A stretch of DNA of 63,739 nt, counting the filler, from Platydemus manokwari (lineage: Eukaryota), in NCBI GenBank assembly GCA_037951405.1. It is 5 parts of 5 records of this genome, joined end to end, with 100 filler letters (N's around TTAATTAATTAA, not from the genome) between each part and the next. Parts side by side here need not be neighbours in the genome. Positions count along the whole stretch, not along the records: positions 24,766 to 39,908 come from JBBMOY011336983.1; positions 40,009 to 54,730 come from JBBMOY011405868.1; 3 more parts are not named here. One strand, given 5' to 3'. Shown piece by piece: positions 25,969 through 40,599 of this stretch. The position numbers were made by a program, and so were the translations under genes. The notes under the pieces were generated by a model that was not told the DNA's origin, ran no database searches, and saw only the letters and a list, made by a program, of their open reading frames with translations. Positions within the stretch are counted from its first letter, which is position 1. Each line of letters opens with the position of its first letter.

Positions 25969-28525
25969 TTATATGTGCTTGTCTTTGTGTTTGTCCTGCA
26001 CCATGGATATTTTCAAAACGAACCGAGAAACCGTGGAGAAATGCTAGAAAGACGTGCAATGCTAAATATTAAATATCAAACACTCACTTCGATAAATAGA
26101 AACACTGCCCCGAGGTATACCACGATAATACATGCAATCATGAAATCGAAAAGTGCTGGTTTGACCCTGATAATAGCAAATAGAAATGAAAACGAAAATT
26201 ATTCGACAAACCTGTGAGCTGTAATCGATACCTCCGTATCGGCAAAGAGAACAAATTCTGGATCTCGTGGATCTGCCCTGATTTTTGATTTTCGAACATT
26301 TTGCAAATATCGTTTCATTATCCTTTCGAAGCTCACCAAAATCGGATGTTTCGACTCGACCAGTTGCTGACTTCTGGGATATCGGGTCAACAACATCATA
26401 TCGGCTTCAATGGCCTCCTGTGAAATCCATTGATTCTCAATGATCAATCCATGACCATCTTCTAAACCGTAAAGCACTCGCATCAATGAATCTGCAATAG
26501 CACGCGTGTTTCGGGTCAAAAGATTCAAAGAAACCTGATCATCGAGAATCGATCTACGATTTCTAATCCGATCTTTTTCCGCCGAAACTGTCATTGCGGG
26601 CATTTTCCTCAACGAAAATCGTTCATGTTCCCATTGTAATTCATCGTCATTCAAATTGATACGCTTATGAACAACGCTCGTACTGCTATTATAAATCTTC
26701 ATCGTATATTCCAGTGCTTCGACGAATCTGTGACCATTGCTACCTTCTTTCGGTGGTTTGGAGACATGGAAATGCAAGCCTTCATCAACCAATCCCAATC
26801 TCTCAAAACAGATAGCCATCGATACTCGTTCCGGTGTTAGAGATTCGTCTGAATATTACAGTTACACGACACCAAATATAACGGAAGAATTCAAACCTTG
26901 AAGTTCATGTAACTCTTCTAACCATTTCTTGGTTCCAATATAATTGAGCTTGCCACCACCGGACAATAGAAATCCAATATTATATCTATCATTAACAACA
27001 TTATTATTATTGGTTTAAAACAAATATATGATTTACTTTGCTTGACTTTTGGGGCTGGCATATAATCTCGAAAATAAGCGCATTAATTGAAGCATCACAA
27101 CTACACCACTGCCATTGCTGTCATAACCATAACTAAGACTCTATCGTGCATAATATGATAATAAGTTATACACACATCACCACTCACTGGAGCCATTCCC
27201 ATCGAATCATAATGTGCCACTAACAATATCGTTGGTAATTGCTCTTCAATTCCATTACCAGCTAATTTTCCCTGAAAATTAATCACATAACTGAATCAAC
27301 AACACACGATATTCGAATATAGAACAATTATTGATGTCTAGTAAATGATATGACAAAACAATGACCATTTATCACAACTCCACAAACATTTTTGACAATC
27401 AATTATTAAACAGATTTTTATTTCATTTTAACAGTACAAATCTAAAATCCGTTCTCGAAAGTTAAAGGTCACACATTTTCATAATATTTATAATTTAAAG
27501 TACGTGTCGAATATAATTGTTTTTATATTATTAATTATATATTAATATCAAATCGATACCAGACACTTTTAATGATGAATTTGAAAGTTTTGTAATTAAA
27601 ATACAATCAATTTCAGTTTCAGTGATTCACCTGTTTGATTGTGAATATGCACAGTGAAACAATTAAGTGCTCTAAAAGATCAATTATACTTTTTTTAAAA
27701 TCAGGTTATTCACTGAAATAGATTGAATCAATTAAATTTAACAGCTTGAGCAAAATATGATTGTATAAACAATAAAAACATCTACATTTCCATCAACTTA
27801 CGTAGAAATTTGTGATTTGAAAATCTTGCAGTGCTTGATTTTTATGATATGAAGTATATAATTGATAACCATTACTCATTACGGAACTAATTAATGCTTA
27901 AAAACAATGATAAAAACACATAATGGAACACATCTTACCTTGGGCAGCTGAAGATGACTTACTAGTTTCCATCAAATGCTGCACATTGTCATATATGTTT
28001 TTAACTTCTTCAGTTTCGAAACTAAAATAGATGGGTACAGCAAAATCTTCTGTTAACAGTTCTTTTTCCAAATTTAAAATATGCTAAAGTTAAGGGTAAT
28101 AAGTTACATCAAATAAGTTTACAACCTCTTTCACTGTGTCATCCCACTTGGACTTCACTGGTAACAGAATTATTATACTGCCAACATTTTGTGAAATAGC
28201 TAGTTTTATTGATGCTGCAGAGACTTCCATTATTTTTAGAAGCAAACATTTTCTGCTTAACAATTTCGAATACGAAGTTTGAGCTTCAAAATTAAAAGCT
28301 GCACTTCGACTGCCTTGACATATTAATATACATAATTTATCAAATGCGAAAATTACCTAATTTAACTCCTTGTAAATCATATTGCTGCAATCGATAAGCT
28401 GTAAATTGTTGAGCTGCTTTTACAGGATCAATTGGTGATATCAGTATTAACAAGGGAACTATAAGAACAAAATAATATGGAATAATATTTCGAAAAGACT
28501 CGATCAAATCCTCAAACACAGTCAT
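25969..28525 (-). CDS. NCLN: Nicalin (M28-like, NOMO/TMEM147 complex subunit), about 10 exons
   Basis: [12 protein letters not shown]...[21 protein letters not shown]|[10 protein letters not shown]..., [137 protein letters not shown], and last exon [24 protein letters not shown] (26043-25969). Confidence 0.95.
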
Positions 28526-29779
28526 GTTATTTTTTGATTATTTTTCTAAAGAAAGTATAGTTAAACAACGTGTACATTAATCAACATAATTTTATAAGAA
28601 AATTCAAATCCTTAAAAATAGAAAGAAAGTTATACAAAAATGATTAAAAAATTAATTGAAAAATATCAAAAGAAAAATGAAATTAATGAGGTGATAAAAT
28701 TAATAAATCAAAGAATACAATATTGATTATATAAATTATAAAATTTTCATTTTTTTTATGGTAACTTATTTTTAAACGAAATTTAAGACTGCAAAAAAGT
28801 TCAAGGGTATGAGTAAACCTTAATACAACTAATTTTTAAACTTGCCCAAATTGTCTAAATTAATAATGACTTGGATCAAATATACCAATTTCAAAACGTT
28901 AAGTTACCAAAAATTAATTTAATGTTTCTATAAATGAATAAATTTCTTTCTTTTAATTGTGCAGGTTTGAAAATAAATAAATTTACTAAAGTATAAAATA
29001 GAAACATATGGACCAAGGAACTGCTAAATATTATATAGTTTGTAGATTATTAAAGAATTAAAGATTATTAAATAAATGATAATTACTTTCAATATTCAAA
29101 CATGATAAAAGCATTCCAATTAAATAATATTATTTTGCGAACTGACTTCTTTATAAATTTTAAGTCATATATTTTAAGTCTTCAAAGTAAGAAATCGGTC
29201 AAAACATAATTATAATTAAAAAATTATATAGGAATTATTAAATGTTTCAAAATATTTGAAAGAAACATTAAACAATAGCTCAAAGTAAATAAAAAAGAGT
29301 TTCATTAGAAACACGATAACAATTATTCGGAAATTTTAAATTGACGTTTTAAATGGTTGACGTTAACAATTACTTAAGTTTTAAATTTTATAATAAAATG
29401 GTTACGTATACCTTTAACTACATTTTAAACAAATGATGGTTTGAACACTATTCTTTTATTTTGGCCAAAATAATAAATTCACTTATATTTGTAAAGGTTA
29501 GTTATATTTGATTTTAATTTGTTTCTGATTTGGTAGCGAAATCCCGGCTTATTTATTTAGTGTTATAACGACACAAATTATAATTGTTTTATATTTTGCC
29601 AAACCTCTTTAATACATTCTACAATAGTGTTTTTCAAATTTTTGTGGGTATAGAATCTTTAAAAACATCCAACTAGTCACAGAAACGTATAACAATCATC
29701 TTATTATAATTGCTAATGAACGATACTTGAAAATGTGTTGAAAAATATTGAAATTATTAAGTTCACTTTATTTCCTTCG

Positions 29780-30210
29780 AAGTGTCGGTAATTTAACGAA
29801 GAACTATCGTAAAAATTGATGCACTTATTTGCGGAAATGTTTGATAAAGATCTCTACAACTTCATTTTAATTATAGATTTCTGTAAACCTATGGCAAGAA
29901 GTCGAAAATGCGTTTTTTAATGAAAAAATTAAAGGATGTTTTCGTGAAGTAAAATCTGATGAAGATAGAGTTCCTGATTTGTCCTTTTGTCTAACTGGAA
30001 ATGAGTTGAACACAAGTGGCACGTGGAACCTTGTTGATAGCCACTGTTTTACAATAATAGACTTCCCGAGTTAGTTGTTAAGAAATAAACAATCTTATAA
30101 AATAAAATGGATCTCTGGAATGAAATTTCTCGAGTTCAGCCAATAATATTGTTTAAGGCAAATTAATTTCATGTTACTGGCTTTGAGAGTACCTAAGAGG
30201 TTAACTCTAA
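29780..30210 (+). mobile_element. Possible piggyBac (DDE_Tnp_1_7) transposase remnant
   Basis: Short motifs HLFAEMFDKDLYNFIL, FCKPMARSR and VDSHCFTII..LLRNK weakly resemble PGBD motifs (LF..FF.D; F...MSR.RF; DNFFTS...LL). The stretch ends in AGAGGTTAA. Confidence 0.3.
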
Positions 30211-30988
30211 ATATAATGCGAAGATTAAAAAGTGATTAATATTGATTCGTACTACAGTGAGGTAAATAAATGTTTCGATCATATTTATAATTCACTGAAA
30301 ATGAACCTCTATTGATAAATATTAATGAATAAAAAAGCTGATTTAAATAATACTTTATTGACACAACACAGAGACTTTAAATTAATCTTTAAAATATGAA
30401 ATTCTCGTTAAAGGAAATCGAAAGAAGTTTTATTATGCTAATAAAATAATATTTAATTTTGCTGCCAATTTCTGCAGACCATTTTCGAAGATGAATCCAG
30501 TACAACATTATGTACTTCACCAAAGTTTAATCCTTTCATAATTTTGTATTATCTCAAAAATAATTATGATATTAGTTATGGTGATGATCAATGTTATCAA
30601 TATTCATCCTTTCAATATTGATAGTGTACCATTGTTCAGTAAAATTCTCTGTTGATTAACAGCCTTGCCACTGGATTAAATGATCAATCTAATACTCGAG
30701 CCTTTAGTTGCGTATAATTCTGATAATCCTTCTGCTGCGTTTGAGTGTAGTTTTGTTTTCGTCTTCTGAGATTTTGTTTCTCCTTATATACTTCTTTCTG
30801 ATTTTTTAATTCGTTGTTCTTTTGCTTATTCATTCTTTTATCTTTAATAATTTTTTATGATTTCCGTTTTCTCGGTTGCAATATTGGTTTACTTGTTGAT
30901 ATAATTCATTACTATTATCATTGAAACATTTTCCCCTCTATTTTATAAATGATTCAGAGTGCGTTTTTTATTATATATTTAAAAACTT

Positions 30989-31445
30989 ACTAGAAAATTA
31001 TACCCGTGCGATGAACTACATAATGGGTGTTACAGAATAATAATCGAACAGATATTGTCACTACAAAATATAAAATAACAAAACAGTTACTATTAAAACC
31101 TAATCTTTTACTAATATAACACATTGTTTTTGCACACATTTTGGCTTTTCATCATAATTGGTTGATCGTTTTGATCGTATTCCCAAATTCCTAAACAAAT
31201 AGTTTATTGCGTGTTGTTGTTTGTATGTATTTTACATATGCGATCTATCTGATTCTATGTTGCTCTTATTGCATACTACTTTATGACATATTTGTCCAAC
31301 GTTGATTTTTAAATCTCTCAACACATTATGGCAAATTAGAATCCTTCTCATCTGATAAATATGTTTTACAGTACCATGTAGAAAATATAAAAACTAACTT
31401 TTCTGTGTTAAAACTGAAGATGCTTTTCTAAACTAGTCAAAATAA
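30989..31445 (-). mobile_element. Helitron-like remnant with 3' terminus
   Basis: The minus strand reads ...catcgcacgggtataattttCTAGt: half of a GC hairpin followed by CTAG-T. LHGTVKTYLSDE weakly resembles a PIF1 helicase segment. Confidence 0.45.
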
Positions 31446-32349
31446 CTTTAACAAATGTTTATTATATTAGATACACAAGAATTTTTGGTTTAACAAATTT
31501 TGATATAATTAATTATTTTGCTTAATGTATGAAAATAAATAATAAAAAGAGAAATTCCAACAATATATTCACTGTTTTACTGGATCATTAGAAGCAATTA
31601 TTGGGTATACGTCATTCTAAACAATATCATCATCATATAATGTTTGAAAATCCTATCCATTGAGGATATAATTTCTGAAGTAAATTTTTTGGTTCAAATT
31701 CAATTCATATTTATTTGTAACAAAATGTTTGTAATAACAAATCACCAAATAGATTGATTCAAAATTTTATTGTCATGCTAAATTTGAAACCTAATTAGAA
31801 GCTAAATAAAAATTAAAATGATAAAATATTAATCAAGCACACTGATAGGTCACCTTCATTATGAAATAAATATTATAAAATTGAAATTAGTGGTTCATTT
31901 ATTTTCACTGATATTACAAACTTTTAAAGACATTTTCAAGCCAAGCCTTTTGTACTAAATAGCAAATATAATTTAGAAATTCACTATTTAATTTTCTGGA
32001 GTTATTTTTCTAATAATAAAAAAGACATTCCATTTGGAAATAGATGATCATCATGCAAAAACAATCATAGCAGTATGATATTTCTGATAACGTATTTTAT
32101 GGGAAAAAATAATCACCAAAATAATAGTCACCATAATATTATAATAATAAAAGATGATATATTTCCATTAATATTAATAATAATTACTAGCAATTTTTTA
32201 ATTTCAAATTCTATTGTTTTGGATAAAACGAATCAAGTAAATCCATTATTTAGTTAACTAAAACTGATATTGAATGATAGCAATTATAATAACCATTATT
32301 ATTCATAAGCCAGGAAATATTCTATTTATTCGAAAAATAAAGTTTTCTA

Positions 32350-35300
32350 AGATAAGAATAATTTTACTGTCACAAGATGGCAGCTACTGGTAATTATAAA
32401 GCGACCCTAACCCATCCTCATTAAGTATTAATTGAGTGAGTGCCCACAAAGGTCCATGATGAAATCTAATTAGCCAGCCGTTACTTCTGCTAATTTACTA
32501 TATCACAAACAACCAGCACAAATATCTGCCTCATAATAGCGCAAGTGGCAGAAACAAGAAGTTCTGCTCTCTCCAATCAAGAAAGGAAAATGAGCCGGTA
32601 CCTACATCTGTGTAATAAGCTAATTACCCTAATGGTCTGTTAAATATTGATGAGTTAGATAGAACACCAGAATGAAAAGTTAAGACTGGGCAAGGCAGTG
32701 TCTTATGGGAAATACAACTAAAACGGTGTCTTAATATCCTATTCACAATATTGTCATAGCATCGAGCATAAGAAATAGATAAAGATGAAATGAACAAATA
32801 TTGAATTTTATGGAGCAGCCAATAACCTCTCGCCATTGAATTGCTGTTTAATAAACAGATATAATATTGTCGCTGATCGTTCAAGTTGAAGACTGTCAAT
32901 ATTTCATATAGTTATTGTCCTTCATAACAAGGATTAGTATGCTATGTTTCTTGTCTTGGGAATTGTCGATGTTTTCTCTGAAATTTAATCTTGATTTATT
33001 TAAACGTTATTACCTTTTTTTACACAAACTTTCTAAGCTTTGTTATTTATTATTTCTTAGATTTTGACGAGGATAAATTGATGGTATAATTAATTAATTA
33101 ATTTAATTAATTTGTTTTCAATTTCTATGCCAACTGGATACGTGAACTGGGATGCCGTTTTCAAATGCATATGAGAATGTTTATTCCAAAAATCTACGCA
33201 CAAGCTCAGTTAAATGGATGCTGTTGTATTTAACTGAGTTATAAAAAGCTGCTTGAAAAATCTCGTTAATTAATTATTAATAAATTAAAATTAATTAAAT
33301 TAAAAGGCCAAGAAAATTATTAACATATATGATCAATATCTATATTTGCTAACGAGTAAATTATTGACGAGATACACTGGAGTTGCAGTCATTTTGATAT
33401 ATATTTTCCTAATTATTATGTAATTTTAATTTTTTGACTGCTCATTTTAAACTTATAGCTTTATATTATATTTCATTATCCACCTATAGATTCTAACATG
33501 GACTTGGATTTTATTGTTTCACTTCTGTTTCAGTGTACAACCATCAAAAGAGTTATATTTAAAAATTTCCAGTGAAAACGAAAATCAAAATCAATGAAAA
33601 ACCAATTTAAAAAAATTATATTGAATCAATTGCCAATATATTGGGCGCAATTATTAGCCGTTATTGAAAATTGTGACCGGCAGAAAGCAATACTGGAGTG
33701 ATAAAGTGAGCTGATGCAAAAATATACCAAGAAACTGTTGATATTTCGATACATGAAACTATTTGTGTCATTGCCGTAATAACAATAACTGCTATTGAGG
33801 ATGTTGTTACATTTGCTAGAAACACAAGATTGATTTCTTTGTTCTACAATAATGGACATGAGCTTGCTTCTGAGAAGGTCATAGATTATGATATTGGACT
33901 GCAAAATTACGATACATCTCTACAGCACTCTTATCTGCACCGATGCATATCCACAATCGAACATCATCATCATCACTATCATCATTCAAATCGTCACTAG
34001 TGTTATAATCATAAGCGGCGATGACCACGAGTCTCGTTAGTGAGCTACAAAAACACATAATTGCTGACTTGAGAACATGAATTAAGAATCAAAGAAACAA
34101 TTAGTATAGTCCTCAGTCCGGCCCGCGCTGCCTCATTCATTGTGTCTGTATAAAAGCAGCATTGATTGATGCAGCAATCCTAATGATAATCTCAAAGGCT
34201 TCTTCATTGCAAGTTAAGTGCTGTGTCTTAGATCCCCAATATCAGCAGTAGCCAGCATCACCCAACTCTCACTATTTCTCTGCAGTTCTATCACTCAATA
34301 AATTGCAGATCTCAAAGACGACTCTGATTCAAAATCTCTTTTATTCTTTATTTCATCTAATCTAGTGTCGAGTAACGGAAGTACTCATGTAAGAAGAAGG
34401 GATATTGAGAAATTGATTCTTTAGTAGGGGCGGAAGTTTTTTCACAACAATCCATTGATCTGTTAAGGTGCTTGTTCGCGTCATTAATTCGCTGATAATT
34501 GCAATTTCACACGTTTCGATCTTTAACAACGTATAATGGGCGGCCGATTTTGCTTCAAAAATCTGTTTAGTAGCGTTCTTAGAGCCAAGATAAATATTTG
34601 TAGAGTTGTAGAAGAAATCTTATCCCGTCCTCACCGACTTGTGATGATATTATAAGAAAAAGCACAAGTGGACCCGAAAATCATTTTATCAAATTAAAAA
34701 TATGGAAAAATAAATAAAATCAAATAATTATCAGAAAGTGATTGAGATTGAATGAAAATTTTATTTCATTATTCAAATATTGGTTTTGTTTTAATTAAGC
34801 GTATTCTAATTTGATTAAATAAACTGGCAAAATTATCTTGACCACGATATGTATATATTTAACAATAACCCAACTAGTTCTTTATCAAAACCCGAAACAC
34901 ATCTCTACCACTATCGAGAAAGGTCAAGCGAGTAGAAACAGTGAAACGTTAAATCAATAGGGAAAAGATGTTTATCTAATTAATAATTACAATGAAATGA
35001 TGAATTATTTTTCATAGAAAAATTCTTGGAGTTGATCAAATAGAAATTGATCGAAAGAGATAAAAATTAGCTTATCATGAAAGATATTATATAGAAATGA
35101 AATGCTGTGAATCCAAGGCAAAGCAACAGCGGAGAAAATACATAAAGGAGACTAATTAAAAAGATTGCTGAAACTCATCAAGGCAACTGACAAAGCAATA
35201 TGATAACGTCAGAGAAAATATAAAGTGGAGAATATAGCACGAGATTCCATTCCACAACTGGACAATTCAACGAAAGAATAACAATGTGAATAGTTATTCT

Positions 35301-36340
35301 TCTATTGACGAATGATTACTGCTCCCTTGAGGAAGAACTTTTTGTAGCTGCCTGATATTTGCTTAGGCATTGTTCTGAAACTATTATCGTATCTTTTGTC
35401 ATAAGACATTAAAATAATTGCTGAAATAAAGCTATAATTTCTTAATAATACAATCTATAAATTTTTATATCTCAATGTGTAGTGTTGACGACACTGTTGC
35501 GTCCAACACTGAATCAACTTCACAACAACACAGGGACACCAAAAAAAAACAAGATGCCATAAGCGAAATCCTAAAAATAAACTTTAATCGAAGCTTAAGA
35601 AGTTACTTTTCCCAGAAAAATAATGCAAGTAGCAATATTAAATTTCGATTCTCAGATTGATACAATGAAGAATTCAATAGAGCGGGGTCTGTCTTGGAAA
35701 GGACGGCACAAACAGTAAAAAGGGAAGTTTCAAGCTTGGTCGCGTTGGACTCTAATAGAATCTTAGGCGGCATCTGTGCTTTGACTGTATTTCTACTTGT
35801 TTTTATGAAATGCTTTATAATTTTTAGATACAACTAAATGGTTTTCAGTCACCCAGATCAGAACTAGTTTTATGACCCCAGCTACTTTTTCTCAGCGGTA
35901 AAAATAAAGGAGTCAAATAATGAGATCATTTTAAAGGAGTTGCAACCCAATGGAGCAGAGCAAGATGAAAGGCTATTTTAAATAAAGATGGTGCACATCT
36001 TTCCAAAAAGAAGATTATGGTATGTGATTGATATTTATTGCGTAACATCTAGTGATATTATTGTTACGGTAAATGCACTCAGCCTTATCGAATAAGCAAA
36101 CTAAAGAGTAAATTCTCATAACTTGATTTAACCAATCAAATTGTAGTTTATTACTTTTTGCTGTGCGCTCTTGCAACTTCGTCTTGTGCATACTGCCTTG
36201 CATCAGTGAATTCTGACGAATGAGCTTGAGTTGGTAGTTATAAAGGAGATGAATTCTTTTAGATATTAGTTAAGCGTTTGATTTTCAAAAAAGGTAATTT
36301 ATGATTTCAGACAACAAAATAGTTTTTTCATAATCATATT
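32350..36340. promoter_or_regulatory. Putative cis-regulatory region upstream of prospero
   Basis: Non-coding blocks of higher GC and complexity (about 32.4-32.9, 33.6-34.7 and 35.6-36.3 kb) with TAAT/TAATTA and ACAAT/ACAAAG motifs. TATAAA occurs at about 34149 and 36239. No TE-like coding signal was seen. Function is inferred. Confidence 0.35.
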
Positions 36341-36343
36341 TAG

Positions 36344-38128
36344 ATGAATAGCTGTGATAATACTGATATTTTAACCAATCGAGAGAACATGAAATATTCT
36401 GTACTGAGTTTTTTAGAAGGTCAAGAGAAAATCGATCATAAAGAACAACCTTTAGACTTGTCTTTAAGATCAGAAAAATCCACCAAGGAAAGTGAAAATA
36501 ACGTCTTAAATATTTCATCGTTTAAAGATAGTCAATCGAACGAAACCACATCAAGGCCGTTTTTAGGTCTCTGTGACCCGATAAATATGAGAAAAATGCA
36601 ATCTTTTATTCAATGTTTGATTAATCAGACATCAAAATCTGATAAAAAAGATACTCCAATGTCAAATCAGACTTTTGAATGGTACAAACATTTTGGGGAG
36701 GCTTTCAGAAAGAGGTCGGAGTTAAATTATGCAAGTCAAATAAGTAATTTTGATTCTCTCAACTCTGCTGCATGGCGATTTGCATTTCGACATACAGGTC
36801 ATTTTCAATTTCCGGATCAATGTCTTGGACTGCCAACTATGATGTTTCCTTCACTTCAAGACAGTAGGAGATACTTTCCAGAAGTATCATCCAGGCCAAT
36901 TTACAAATTTCTACCTCGAGATTCAGGAGAAAAGATTCCCAATTCGATGATGATGAGTGACCGAGAAAATATATCCAGAATGACTGACAGTCCTCAATGT
37001 TCTAATAGCAAACGAAGAAGACGCACCAAAGTAACTGATTCGAGATTACTTAAAAGAATATCGACAGAAACCAATTCTAACATACATCTGGATGAATCGG
37101 CTCTTGAAAATTGTATTGAAAATAGATGTTCCAGTACATCGCAATCATCGATTTCAGAAGATGCCAGCAATGATCCCAAGGTTTGTGGAAATTATCTTGG
37201 GGACGGTTTTTTTAACCATATTTTATTTAGAAATACACTCTGACCCCGATACATCTTCGAAAAGCGAAATTAATGTTTCTCTATACACGATATCCGAATT
37301 CACAGATGCTCAAGAACTTCTTTCCAGATATAATTTTCTATAAACAAAACACTGCACAACTTGTGAAATGGTTCAGTAATTTCAGGTAACACATTCGATG
37401 TGTTTATCAATGCATAAGCATCATTTGTTTTTCCAGAGAATTCTATTATAGTGAAATGGAAAAGGCAGTTCAAAGATCCATTTCAAGTGGAATCAAGTAT
37501 TCGTCAGAATTGTTTGTCACTGAAGATTGTGAGCTGTTCAAAAATCTCATGACACATTTCAATAAAAATAGACAAATTGAAGTAATCAATTGTTAATTGA
37601 TTATAATTATTTTAAATTATTTTTGGAATATCATTATCTTTATAATAATTATTGTTATTCGTATTTTTCCTATTATTATAATTATTTCGATTTAAATTTT
37701 TGTATTTATTTATTAAACACATATTTGAAATGATTTTAAGGATCTCAAGTCGAAAAACTTAAACAAATCGAAACGATTAAACAAATTATATTGATCATTT
37801 ATATTAATGATCACAGCTACAATTGTAATAAGTTGGATGTGTTACTTACACTATTTCTACTTTGATTATCATTATTTCCTAGTCACGTTATTATTAATAA
37901 ATTGATTTTTTAATTCAGGTACCAAAGGAATTTATGATAACTGTACAAATAACTCTGCGAGAATTTTTCGAAGCATTCTCCGTTGGGAAAAATTTACACC
38001 AGTCATGGAAGAAACCGATTTATAAAAACATTGCAAAACTAGATCAACCACTCCCTGAATTTTTCAAGGATTTTAACTGGATGCTAGAATTAGCGAAAGA
38101 AGACAACGGTACCAGCCACTCCAGTTGA
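36344..38128 (+). CDS. pros: Prospero/Prox-family homeo-prospero domain transcription factor
   Basis: Exons: 36344-37180 (includes [11 protein letters not shown]), 37231-37385 ([51 protein letters not shown]), 37437-37581 ([18 protein letters not shown]...HFNKNRQIE) and 37919-38128 ([20 protein letters not shown]...[22 protein letters not shown]). The true start could lie in an upstream exon. Confidence 0.95.
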
Positions 38129-39514
38129 TATTACGGAACCAGATGACAGTTTTGTGGTGATTTGTCTGTTGTGTGCCGTGTGTTGTCATGCCTGGTTGTT
38201 AATAGCAGATAATTAATCGCCTCAGACTCTAAGATATCTCACGAGCTGGCTCATATTTCACACACAGTCAACTAGATCAGCGCGGATAACTCACTGACGC
38301 ATAAAAGACATTTGATTTCCTCTCAGTGTTCAATATCTTCTCAACTTGTATGATTCAAATTCATCCTTATGATGTGACGAAATTGTAAAAATGCATTTCT
38401 GGTGTTAATCGCAAGAATTGTACTGATAATAGCGTGTTTGTCTGTTAATAAGCAACTTATAAGATGGTAAAATGAAGATCTTTATAATGTTGGAATTCTT
38501 TCATTGTGTTAATAATACTAATTCGGTTTGAATTTTGTTTTCAAATATTTTAAATAGGAAATATTGTAATCCAAACTCAGAATTCATTCCATCATTGATA
38601 GTTGAAAAAATCATTTATTTATACAAAAGATTTCCAAAATAAACAGTAATCCTGTAGATATTTATATTTTTACATTTTCATTTGGAATTTAAGTTGAAGA
38701 ATACTCGGAAATAAATATTGATAAAATATTTTTACGAATTTTTGGTAAATTTATGAGATAATTTATTTATTATCAAATTTCTTCCAGAGAAACATTTTTT
38801 TTACTTTTTTAAGGAAGCAGTTTTACAAATTTGATATAATAGAAAGATAATTGATAGAATTAATATAAAGTTGATAAAACATATTTTTCAATAAATAAAT
38901 TTTGAGTTACTAATTAATTGAGAGATATCCATCTAAACGATGAAGTTGAACGTCAAATTGTATCATCAGAACGATTAAATTATAAACGAAATCACCTTCT
39001 ATTGCTTTATGAAAATCTATTTTAATTATTTTTAAAGCAAAACATGGCCAGACCAAAATCATTTTGTAAAAATTGATTTTCTTGTATAATTTATAATTGA
39101 TTTTTAATAAAAGTTGTTTAATAAAAGTTTTACATTTTTAAATTGATATTTGAATTGAACTTTTTAACCAAGTTTTCTTTAAGTATTTCTTACTGTAAAG
39201 ATTACGGATGTGGAATTATCACCATTCTCCTATCGACAAACTGAAATCGTATGGTTTTTTGCTTATCGTAAGTATCGATAACTAAAGTAAATAAAGAAAC
39301 TCATTTAAATAAAATTGCAGTGAAAAAAAAGCACAAAGAAAATAAATTTCAAATCTTGAATTTGACGTTGCCAATTATTGATACAAAAAATTAGATATTT
39401 CTGTAAAAGGATTTTTACGAATACTCAATTTCAAAACAACCTAGATCAAGTTTATCGAATTCTGAACCGATCAAAGACATTTAATATACTTGAAACCATT
39501 TTTATTCTAATATG

Positions 39515-39730
39515 AAGATGCAAAGATTTATTACAAAACATGGGATATTTCTCTTTTGAAAATCAAAGTCTGAAGTTCTGGTTTTCATAGTCCAATTTTT
39601 TGTCAATTGTAGTCGGTTTTTACAGGCATAAAAATGTTCAGTGTGCTTTTCTTTAGTCTAATATTTTCGTTCCCCAATCACTTCGTACTTCATCAATTAC
39701 TAGGCTAAAATCTAAAAACCAGAATATATC
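39515..39730. repeat. About 215-bp dispersed repeat; second diverged copy at about 57761-57975
   Basis: Shared blocks aagatgcaaa..tttattacaaaacat, ttctcttttgaaaatcaaagtctgaa.ttctggtttt, tgtgcttttctttagtctaat and catcaattac.a.gctaaaatctaaaaa occur in the same order in both copies. Confidence 0.85.
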
Positions 39731-40599
39731 TTATCACATGATTTTAAAATCAATCCAATCAAATTCGACACAATAAATATAAAATACATAAATATAAATA
39801 AATATAAAATGCAATCTACGTGTCGCATAACATCTAATCAACTATATAAAGAAAAATGGAGCCTGTTAAAATTTGGACTTCAATCTTTAGTCATTGTATA
39901 TATCCTTANNNNNNNNNNNNNNNNNNNNNNNNNNNNNNNNNNNNNNNNNNNNTTAATTAATTAANNNNNNNNNNNNNNNNNNNNNNNNNNNNNNNNNNNN
40001 NNNNNNNNTGACATTATATATATGCATAGTTTTATTGTCAATATTTCCCTTTTTAATGAAGGATTCAAGCTACAATGTTGCTGATACATCTCTACATTAT
40101 ATAAAAAACCGTGTTTTTTTACCATATTATATATATATATATATATTGCTTAATAAATAATAATTACATTCCTTCCTGCATGACTTATTGGCATGTAGAG
40201 CTATAATGTTAAATGCTTAAAATTATAAAATATATTATAAATTCTCTGATAAATGTCCACCGAAAGAAAAGGGTATCATCATGATGCATCGATAATGATA
40301 GAAAATTAATTCATATATAACCCTATTAAATCTGAACAGATTCAGTGAGATTTTAATTGACAAATTTCAGAGTTTAAAATTTTATTTTTTATATTTATTA
40401 ATATTTTTCTAAATGTTTATTTTTAGTTTATTAGTGATTATTTAGAAACAGTATTAATCAGCCTAGAATATGTGGGTACGCGCATTAAGAACTTTGAAAT
40501 AGTGTATGGTGTGTTGAAAATGATATTTAATGAGTAGTGAGACTCTATAATTTACAATTTTCACCGTTAAGATAACTATGGAAAACGATTATGTCATAC

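Noticed and set aside
25862-26059. 65-aa ORF as the nicalin last exon
   Set aside because: It would need an intron of about 24 nt. The acceptor at 26044 gives a 44-nt intron and the family-like HFS continuation in another frame.
35921-35942. TGAGATCATTTT matching the 5' end of bantam miRNA (also on the minus strand at about 46128-46144)
   Set aside because: The 3' halves diverge from bantam and no convincing pre-miRNA hairpin forms. Such matches are expected by chance in AT-rich DNA.
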